A stretch of 64,000 nt of DNA from Candidatus Iainarchaeum sp. (lineage in GTDB: Archaea > Iainarchaeota > Iainarchaeia > Iainarchaeales > UBA10219). How positions within the stretch are numbered: position 1 is the stretch's first letter; every line of letters begins with the position of its first letter. The position numbers and the translations under genes were made by a program. The stretch lies in NCBI GenBank assembly GCA_018304425.1, contig JAGVWE010000004.1, positions 219,189 to 283,188 on the forward strand. The letters are read 5' to 3'. A model generated the notes under the pieces. It was not told where the DNA came from, made no database searches, and saw nothing but the letters and a program-made list of their open reading frames with translations. Positions 37,001 through 45,000 of the stretch are shown piece after piece.

Positions 37001-39047
37001 TCGCGCCCGGGGCATTGACTCCCTTGAGGTAGAGGTCATCCTTTTCCATGATGAGGTCGTCGCCGGTGCGGATGTGGAGGCCGGCCTCCTTGTAGGGGAG
37101 CGCATCCGGCAGCCTCAACTGCCACCTCCCCGTGTACTCTTCGCCGGCCGCCAGGTTGGTGGCCAGCCTTTCTCCCTTGAACAAGCCCAGGAACTTGACT
37201 TCGGCCGGCCGGTCGATGATGCTGGGTTCGAGGACCGCGGTGAAACCCGTGTACCCGCTGGCCTGGATTTTCCGGCTCGGCGAAACATACGTTGAATAAC
37301 CGTCCTTGGCCGCGCTTACATAGACTTCCTTGTCGGCCTTGGTTTCAATGGAGAACGAGCCGTTCGCGTCCGTGTACGAGGCGCCGATTTTGCCGTTGGT
37401 CAGCGTGCTGTACACCGTCACCAGGGCAAAGGGAATGGCCTTGTTGTCCTTGTTGACCGCGTTCACGTAGAGGGTGCCCTTGCCCACCTGCATGGCCACC
37501 GTCACGTCAATGCCTCCACCGCTAGTGGTTCCGCCCCCGAACCGGAAGTCGTTGCTCCGGCCGGCGCCGAACTCGCGGAAGGCAAACGCGTAGTACAAGC
37601 CGGGTTTCACGCCCGCGAACCTTGCCAAACCGTTGGCGTCCGAGGTCTCGCTTTCATAGCCGGCCACGAAATTGGTTTCCGGCACGTACAAGGCCACGCT
37701 GGCATTGTCCACCGGGCTCCCGTCCTCGTCCAAAACCTGCACGGACAGCAACCCGCACTTCTGGGCCGAGCACTTTTCCAACGCGATTTCGGGGGTGTTC
37801 GCGGAAATCCGCGCGCTCGCCACTTTTTCGAGGACATAGCCTGCGGCTTCCACGGTCACCCGGTAGTCCACGTCGTCCGAGACGTTGAACACCACGACGC
37901 CGTCCGCACCCGTTTCAAGGGACTTGAATTCGCTGTCATCCGCGGCCAGCCTCAAGGTCACCCGCGCGCCGGCAAGGGCCTGGCGCGTGGCCTTGTCCAC
38001 GATTTTGAACGCGATTTTTCCCTTCACGTTCGAGGTCAGCTCGAGGTTGACGGTCGCGCTCTGCCCGGCGTACACCGTTATGCGCTCGGATTGCCGCAAG
38101 CCATAGTTGCCGGTGGAGTCATAGGCTTTCACGAGGTAACTGCCCTGGGGCTTGTTGAACACGGCCTGGCCGTCATAAGCAACCGTCGAGTCCACGGGCC
38201 CGACTTCCGGGTTCGCCAGCAGGTCCTCGTAGCGGAACAAGTCCACGTCCACGCCGCTCAGGGGCTGGCCCCGCGCGGAAACGTTGACGATGATCCGGCC
38301 GGCTTCGGCCACCACGCCTTCGAGGTAAACGGTTTTCACGTCCGAGTCCACGCTCACCGAGGCCAGGTTGGCCCACCGCTCGGAGTCGGAGATCGTTGCA
38401 ATCAATTGCCCGCAGCCGGCGGGTTCTTCCACGACGGCTTTCCCGTTGGAGACGACCATGGCGTCAGGCGCCTTCACGTAGGGGCTCTTGCACCGGAATT
38501 CCACGCGCAGTTCATCCGTAATCGGCTGGCCCAACTCGTTGAGGAACCGCAGGGTGCGCGTGCTCGCGCTCCCCGCCGCTGCCCCGCTTTTTTCGAGGGC
38601 AATGGTCTCGGTTTGCTCGTCCGCCGTGGCCTCCACGGACTTGGTCTGGCTCTTGTAGCCCTCGCCTCCCACGGTCAGGGTGACCTTGCCGCCCTTCGGC
38701 ACCCGCAACTGCACCTGGCCAAAGGCGTCCGTGGTCAGGGCCTCGGTTTTTCCGTCCGAGTAGGAGACGCTGACCAGCATGTTGGGCAAGCCAATGTCCT
38801 CCGTGTCCAGCACCCGCACCGTGAGGCTGGTGTTGAAGCCCTGGAAGGCCATCGTGAAAGCGAAGTTGGCGGCCACGGCCAGCGCCACCAGGAACAGCAG
38901 GGCCATGATGGGGAAGCTGGGCAGGATGCGGTCAATGGGGTCAATGATTTTGTAGACCGGGATGACCTTGTCTATCTTGTCGAGTAATGCGTAGTAGCCG
39001 TCCTCGAGCTGGAAATAAAACTCTTTCAATCCATCCAGGAAACCCAT
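31068..39047 (-). CDS. Giant membrane-anchored surface protein, paralog 2 (2659 aa)
   Basis: Same architecture as paralog 1 and collinear with it. Carries a ~380-aa insert between two hydrophobic segments. Confidence 0.9.
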   Translation of the reverse strand: MGFLDGLKEFYFQLEDGYYALLDKIDKVIPVYKIIDPIDRILPSFPIMALLFLVALAVAANFAFTMAFQGFNTSLTVRVLDTEDIGLPNMLVSVSYSDGKTEALTTDAFGQVQLRVPKGGKVTLTVGGEGYKSQTKSVEATADEQTETIALEKSGAAAGSASTRTLRFLNELGQPITDELRVEFRCKSPYVKAPDAMVVSNGKAVVEEPAGCGQLIATISDSERWANLASVSVDSDVKTVYLEGVVAEAGRIIVNVSARGQPLSGVDVDLFRYEDLLANPEVGPVDSTVAYDGQAVFNKPQGSYLVKAYDSTGNYGLRQSERITVYAGQSATVNLELTSNVKGKIAFKIVDKATRQALAGARVTLRLAADDSEFKSLETGADGVVVFNVSDDVDYRVTVEAAGYVLEKVASARISANTPEIALEKCSAQKCGLLSVQVLDEDGSPVDNASVALYVPETNFVAGYESETSDANGLARFAGVKPGLYYAFAFREFGAGRSNDFRFGGGTTSGGGIDVTVAMQVGKGTLYVNAVNKDNKAIPFALVTVYSTLTNGKIGASYTDANGSFSIETKADKEVYVSAAKDGYSTYVSPSRKIQASGYTGFTAVLEPSIIDRPAEVKFLGLFKGERLATNLAAGEEYTGRWQLRLPDALPYKEAGLHIRTGDDLIMEKDDLYLKGVNAPGASLIKSTAFDERSGLDESGYDYTNGDAKWLNAYWRNPKPGIYELEATVQVRKTASVGDELNVYYRAWAVDGVVVRDPADDFIETTELYDNAYKQTYQVGASTLCDQDFCFDASIRNLQEDLLENVTDTYQAQVFTEYEMIFTLTNNSKALYHTNANLRVTNPDLSLIFLDYTVNDADGRPRVGNVNGPEFPRLDVGNLAPNKRITGRFRFATQRAINGVINFRLVSDQQIAFDRFINVAVAASKQLLIQLERSTLSSGIENDLVFNLVDSGTNLEVDNATCRLEDKRGNVIVKAKTDSKGRAVIRVPAQLPGVQLVLQCEKEKFDQEEAEITVTSNILEIQPNQLGMSLNAKSKPEAETGFHAKNVANFPLKVLSIELVGNFKNLLDEQQTRNWLVSNYNNYVIQPGQTLDGTLRVFLSDDGKALTDRVDLDGKFLVTVTNFGQEWVFEIPARIGIGLSGDVDSPGCLTLTRNKWETTTEGNPVNVEFQIQNNCTINGQPVPLRRLEAQLAFQGNQLGEYRVTIGQTEVELRSAYSRAIVSEVKAGETLNAILTFTPYGGTMGEAKADVSFSARNPKEDKDQLLESKLGTQINIVNIKDCVSFDRHLIAMPEKGNASFTINTKKCGGKTGFELKSDLELSVKEFVLDGDGSQQVQVFAGEEVPGQYGVVVKSKAQNEKQEQLLKNIRVRVDSIGCLALSKYEFDVLDQPKDDFDGYDTAQLTNKCIEKGVDVTVNYQDWGEAFKDGLKIGIGTFLLGTLAGVIQGKSITEAITGPECTDDKDCGQGQVCRKNHCEDKVAAKDEKTVTKDGTEYIRKPTGKWVVKSSGETVTDDFAKSLEADLAKQPASTAPTTTTSGSTAGVDPAKSAQLAKTQRSLDSDNSVTTIATFTGLSNDEIIDELAAPDGAAFLVKSGDEYFVLNANGDKLTGDIGKDAADRIVAAYNRVLAAKKAKGQTTTVNVDALLSEAGTEVAAAESAKVEAEKLLHLQTARKKLDVAAAANPSTEQQVKISEWRVKAKAIEEKMGGTQPAAQPGSTALIQESIRLYTQQITQMDNSSDNAKTKRGFYLETAQHLSDLKNNPAATDTQKKEINKLIADIGKKLDTLSAAPALSGNSRQQPSGSVGAAVAGLPATGRAAPSGGSGGSSGGVSPTDIIGTLTGAITGSKGSAVQALLATAIGTVVSYYGQGEEDMPTIQKDIEIKGFELYTGFPADKEEGVKDTEVLVSREKGDGKPVISTSRDLKNNSRTEKQQFKFTNNSTPRFTTEPENPRVKYLVVKAIEHKYADKTYDAKDFDKAKLDEEKPVPMDQKFRLQFNAVPPEARIDYKPELMNCQSGVRTGRTGPDAIPRIKLDWGWRAITANECDTDNGTAIFCDATQFSIALLQKINTLQKDFIERNTPYSCPTALEPLSTRTATIGGKDIGLSRLEAKRTGSDYNVSMEVTNNNPGEVEVQVKAYAVEVLSGKNYKCSPESLTVKVNKSTTVGCKLTGLPDGNYRVRADILPNLACPGCQNNAGSDSLEVSFSVGTNSLAQCTPYSTSRMEDFLAASGITGPTAQGFLNRIHFKANLIKDRFTADFQRDFDEYARTQSFFGAPTEYKNPVDGLYKYFRDPERFTFKPRFGQQNPEGYMLPGPGIYDVTLNITYDDARWKLFDGNKLTARIEVLLDRLDSPEPDSPFYHLPFDGPIGVSNGRVGYGVNYKGDRIKVNANPAEEAVHTVEIPGSTPVQNGVIEVFDKSNDFKRLNVDRRGTILEVSRGAINQITYSPSKATPLILKMTNRNDEAWAFYSLAIGGNAANLGPVSSKWNGIGYSCSSFDDRRMIEAFYETPDQHGLETKCALLGGEIAATSYGFEFCKPLDYGNVYLKTIYYTPQNQESKIHLNVGNDKASFIAQAGGGSDALLYGVPEVSSLLDGHQVESIGDVLKLVAKQFVCISGTDARADFWWNPKKVSDTDFMKAEELAITTATTPEKACIESK

Positions 39048-39057
39048 GTTCTCGACC

Positions 39058-42000
39058 CTAGTTTGCGGTAAGCGTTGCCTTCATTCCCCCGTGGATGCTG
39101 CAGCTGGCCTCGTGTTGGCCGGCGGGCAGCGTCACGCTCATGGACTGTGAAGCGCCCTTTTCGAGGATGACTTCACTGCCCCCTATGGCGAACGTATGCT
39201 TATTATTCCCGTTATTGGTGATATTAAACCTAACCGTTCCCGCGTTCACCGTGGACGGGCTCAAGGCAATGGCGTTGTCGGTCAAAGTGGCGGTTACTTC
39301 CTGGACCTGCGCGGGCTGCGGGGGCTTTGGCTGCGCCGCCGTCCCCTGCTCGGTTTGCTTCAGCAGTTCCGCCTGGTTCCAGTAGAGGTTCATGCCGGGC
39401 CCCTTGACTTCCGAGCCCACTTTCACGGTCTGGTCTTCCTTCATTTCCACGCAGACCCTGCCCTGGCCCAGGAGCTTCACGAGGTTCTCGAACGTGTAAT
39501 CCGAGTTCAGCCGCTCGCCGCGCTGGTTGAGGGTAATCGCTTGCTCGCCTTCAATGGACTTGGCCTGGCCCTCGTCCCAGGCCGTGAGCTTGAACTTGTC
39601 CTTGCCGCAGTACACCTGGAGTTCGCTGGCCGTTACCTCTCCCGAGCGCGTGGGCACGAAGGTTACCGCCTTCAACACGGCCCGTCCATTCTTTGGCTGG
39701 TCGTCGAACATGACGGCATGGTACTTGTCGCTGCCCTTGCCCTTGCACAGCCGGCCCACGGCTTCCACGGTTTCCAGGAACTTGCCGGTCTTCCCGGTGA
39801 TGGTGTTTGCACTGGCTTCCCACTTGATGAACTCGTTGCCGGGCGTGGCTCCCTTGACGTTGAACTGGTAGATGAGGCCGGCCGGGGTGAACAAGTCCTT
39901 GCTGGTTTTCTCGACTTCCAACTGCAGGGGCACGGGATCCGAGGGCTGGTAGATTAGCGCGCCGGGCACGTACTGGTCGTTGACTTTGCCGGTCGGCAGC
40001 ACCAGGCTCAAGATTTTTCCAGTCTTGGTGTCGTCATAGCGGTTCACGTAATCGAACAACACGTGCCGGTAACCAGGTTTGTCGCCGCCAATGGCTTTCG
40101 CGACCCTGGCGCTCTCGCTGTCGGCGTAGGAGAAGAACATCTTGTCCTGCTCACCCGAATCCACCTTGTACGTGGTGCCATAGCCTTCCCGCAGCAACTC
40201 CGCACCCTTCAACCCGACCAGGTTGTCCAAGGGCAAGCCGAACAAGGGGTTCGAGGCAAACCGTTCGCGGATGGCCTTGAGGGGCTTCTCGAATTTCATG
40301 CGCACGATAACCATCCCGTCCCGGTACACCTGGAGCCTGACCCGGTACAAGCCACTATCGAACTTCGTGATTTGCTTGGGGTTCTTCTCGCATTCCTCGG
40401 AGTCGTCGCAGAACAGCCATTCCTTGAAGGGCTTCAACTCGCCCTTGGTGCCGCCGGCCGTCTTGCCCAGCTTGTCCTTGAAGGCTTCCTGGAAGTCGTC
40501 CTTGAAGTCGCTGCTCAACCCGTCCTCTTTCAGGTACGCGTTGAACTCGATGTTGTCCTTGTACAGCTTGTAAATGCCTTCCGAAGCGAACTTGTACCGG
40601 TCCTTGTAAGCGCTGACTTCCGCGACCCGGTCCAGGGAACCATCCCGCATGAGCTTCAGCTTTTCTTCTTCGGTCAAGCCCAGCTTGTCGCGGATGCCCA
40701 CCCGGAACTCCATGGAGTCCTTCAAGAGGTTCAAGGCCTTCAAGGTGAGGGCCTTCTGTTCCGCGGCCGGCCTGGACTTGAAGGTGTCGAACACGAAGGA
40801 CTCCGGGTTCGGCAGGCTGGCAACCGTTTGCTGGAACCGCTGGTATTCTTCGAGCGTCAACAAGTAGAAGCCGCCCTCGACGTCCACTCCATTGTAGGAG
40901 CCGGTGAACGAGTAACCCGTTTCCTCGAACGAGTGCGCGCCCAACTGCTTGAGCACGGCCTGGTACTCGGCGGGCGTGATTTTCAAGCCAATGGCTTTCG
41001 TGGGCGCGAACGGAATCTGGATGACCATGTCCCGCTGGATGTTCTGGAACTCGTCCAGCAGCAACCGGTTCGCCATGATTTCCCTCGTGCGGTCGACCAG
41101 GTTCTTGGCCTTGGCCGGGTCCCTCAGGCTTTCAATGGGGGCCTTTGCGGCCTGCAAGAACTGCAAGGCCAGCTGCTCCATGCGCGTGGTCAGCACGCCC
41201 AGGCTCTCGCCCCGCAGCAGGACGTTGTCCTGGGTGCCATCCCTTCCCACGAAGTAGAGCCTGTTCTGCATCGGGCTCTTGGAATCCTTGTCCACGCCCT
41301 TGAGGGTAACCGCCTTGATGAGGTGCTTGTACAAGTACAGGGAACTAATCCGTTCGCCCAACGCGTTCTCTTTGGGCAGGTTCTTCATGGCCTCGCTGAC
41401 CAGGGAAGCCTTTTGCGCCACGGACTCGCCGAACTGCACGGCGTCGCAGAACTTATAATTGGTTTCATCCGGCTTGGCCTTGCCCAGCTTTCCATCGGCT
41501 CCCGCCTCGTACTCGTACTGGCCGCACGTGAAGGGGTTCACGCCCTCCTTTTTCTCGCCGCCCCACCGCCAGTCGAACAACAGCTTGTCAAACCCGTAAT
41601 CGGTTACCACGCCCTGGCCTGACTTGCCGTTCTCGCACGCGAACTGGTCGGTTGCCTTGACCTGCACCTTCCTCGGCTCGCCTTGGTTGATGCAGAAGTT
41701 CAGGGGCAGGATGACATTGCCCCGCTTGCCGTTGATGGCCCTTTCCACGGTTACCGTCACGGTCTCCGAGAACTTCGTGGCCCGGCCGTTCCAGCCCCCG
41801 GCCTCGTTGTCCTCGCTCGCGTCCACCCGCATGATAATGTCGTGGCCGCCCTTCGGCATTTCGCCGCCCAACAGGCCGCCCAACGTGAAGATGGTCTGGC
41901 CCAGCGAGCGCAGGTTCTCTTCCAAGGAATAGCGGTTGATTTCAAAGCTCACCACGACGCCGTTCTTCTCGATGCGGTTGTCCTTGACCTGGATGCCGGT

Positions 42001-45000
42001 GATGCGGTCCATTCTCCCGCAGCCGCCGACTTCGCCTCCCGGGGTCTGCTTTGCGAACCGGAAGAAGGGCATCGGCATGTCCTTGGCCGTGTCGTACACG
42101 TACACCCCGCCGTTCTTTTCCAGGAGGTCAGCGGGAATGCAGTCGTTTTCGGTGCCCTTAAAGGTGTGGTTGCTCAGCTTGAAGGCGTCCGGGTTCAGGC
42201 AGGACTGGGGCGTCGCGTTGGGGTCTCCATAACTCATCCAGCGCTCCGCGAACTCGCCCAATGCGAGCAGGTCCTGGATGGTGACGTGGAAGACCCTGGA
42301 AGACCTGGAGCCCAGCCGGTTCGAGAAGAACACGACCAGGTCGGTGGGCGCGTTCACCCGGTAATAGCCGGCCGTGGCGAAGTAGCTGAGGTTGCCCAGC
42401 TTGGCCATGGGGCTGCCCTCGAAGGGGAAGGGCGGGGCGTTGTTCTGGTACTGCTGGGTGTTGGGAATCAAGTCAAAGGAAACGATTTGCGTGACCTTGC
42501 CCGTGGACTTGGTTTCAAGCCGCTCGCCTTTCACGCTCCACGACAAAATCATGTCCCGGTTCGAGAAGCTGATGGACGAGGGCACGGGCTCCACGCGGAT
42601 GCCTTCCGCGTAACACTTGTTGATGACCTCGAGTTTCTTGGGCTTGCCCACGAAGTTCTGCAGGCTGATGGTGCCGGCAGGGTCGATGTCGATGCAGTCG
42701 GAGTAGCTGCGGCTGAACTCGTTGTCCACCGTCACGGTGATGGTGCGCAGCGGCACGGAGGGCTCCTTCGAGTTCTTGAGCTTGCCCCTGGCCTCCACCG
42801 AGTAGTTGCCCAGCACGTAGGACGACTGCACGGAAACGGTTTGCTCGCTGTTGGGTTCGAGAACAACCGACCGCTGGGGGCTCACGAGCAGCCCGGCCTC
42901 GGGGTTGAAGTCGATGACCACCGCGGAAGCGCAGTTGTTTTTCACGCCGAAGTTGCTGCTGTTCCCCTTGGTCTGGCCCGTGGCCTGGCCGCCGTACACG
43001 TCGTAGTTGTAGTTGGGCGCGCGGTAGTCCGAGTACGGGTAAGCGCGGAGGTTGGCCGGGTAACTCGAATACTGGGAGTTATAGGTGGCCTGGTTATAGG
43101 GCTGGTTGTAGTAGCCGTAATTCGGGTTGTTGACCTGGTCGGGGTAGTTCTGGGGATAGGGCTGCCGCGTGCCCGGGTCAATGGGCACGCCTTGCTCGTT
43201 CACCACGTACTGGGAGCTGGACACCGGCACGTTGGATTGCGGGTTCTGGTAACCGGAAAACGGCTGCGTGACCCCCGTGCTATACCCGTAGGAATTCCGG
43301 TACGCGTCGGGGATGGCGTAATTGAAGGGGTCATACGTCGTGTTGGCATTGTATTGCCCGTAGCCGAGGTTGAAGGGGTTCGAGGAAACGACCAGCTTGT
43401 CGGCTCCAATGAATTCAACGCATTGCACGAGGTCGTTGATGCGGACCAGGGCCCGCACGTTCTGCGTCAGCCGTTCCTGGCCCGAAGCCGTGTTATGCGC
43501 CGCCGTGAACACGAGGGTCGGCTTCGACTCGCCGGAAGAAACCTCGGCCGGCTTGAATTCCAGGGTAAGCGGCACTTCCGCGTTCTCGGCCAACACGTTC
43601 AAGGCCTTGGCCGGCTGGTTGGTCAAGCGCACCCGGTTCGCGCCGCCCTCGGAGGCGTCCACCGAGAGGAAGAACTCCCCCAAGGGGTTCTTGTTGGCTT
43701 CCACGACCTTGACTTCAACATTCGTCAAGGGAATGGCCTGGCCGTTCACCGCACAGTTGTTTTTGAGCGTCAATTCATAGGTTTTCACGCCGGCGTTCGT
43801 GGAAATCTCGAGGTCCTGGGGGAAGACGCTGAAGCAGCCGGCCTCATCCACTTCGTCGCCGAACCCGATGCGCAACTCGACGGGGATGCTGGCCGTCCAC
43901 TGCCGGTTGAACTCCCGGTTGGACACCACGACGTCCAGGCTCCCGGAAACCTTCTTGGGCTCCAGGATGCGCGCAGCCGCGGGCGTCAAGCCGATGACGA
44001 ACTGCAGGTTCTGGTCGCTGTTGGTGGGAAGCTCGGTGCCCGCATAGCTGTCCGCGAAAGTGAATTTGAAGAACTCCTTGAAGGCCGTGCTCTCCCGGAC
44101 TTCTTCGACGACGAGGGGGATTTCGGTCTGGTTGCCGAGGAAGAGGGAGTGCTCTTTTTCGGGGTTCGAGCCGATGACCAGCAAGTCCTTTATCTGCCCG
44201 GGCCGCACCGTGAGGATGTTCTCCGAAACCGTGATGACCCTTTCCGTGGACCTATACCCCGGCTTTTCCACCAAAACCGTTATCTTGGAGCCGGCCCCGG
44301 TGGGGGTCAACTGGTAGACGAAGATGCCTTCCGAGTTCGTCTTCCCGCTGACGAGGGTAACGTCATTGCGCCGGATGGTCACGGTGGCATCCGAAATCGT
44401 GTTGTCGGTTCCCTTTTCCGTGACCTTGATGAGGAGGTTGTTGTTGATGAAGGGCACGATGATTTTCGGCAGCACTTCCAGCTCCATTTCGGCGGCGGCC
44501 AGGACGTTCAGCCTGATCCTCCGCTCGAACACCCTCTGCCCCTGGGACACCAGCGAGACCACGACATCCGTTACCCCCTCGCGCTTGGTCCGGAGTTTCA
44601 CGCTGCCGAACACGTCGTCGTCCCTTCCCATGTTCCCCACGGGAACCACCAGCTGCGAGCCGTCCAGGGTGCCCTTCTTCTCCATGCCCGAGACGTCCGT
44701 GACGCTGTACTCCGAGAACGAGACCGCGGAGGCCGCGTTCTCCACGTGGAGTTCCGTGCTGTTGAACTGCCGGTCCGAAATGCTGGTGACCGTGAAGCTC
44801 AGCTTGTAACTGCTCTGGATCCTGGCGGGATAGTCTTCGAGGACCGCCGTCTGGATGCCCGTGCCCAAATCCTCCAAGCCAAAGGTATAGCAGAAGGCGT
44901 CATCGCACAACGTGCTGGGGCCCGCGCTGAACGACCGGGTCTTCGTGTTCGCGTAGAGGTCATACCTTCCCGCGACCGACACCTTGCTGCCCAGGATGTT

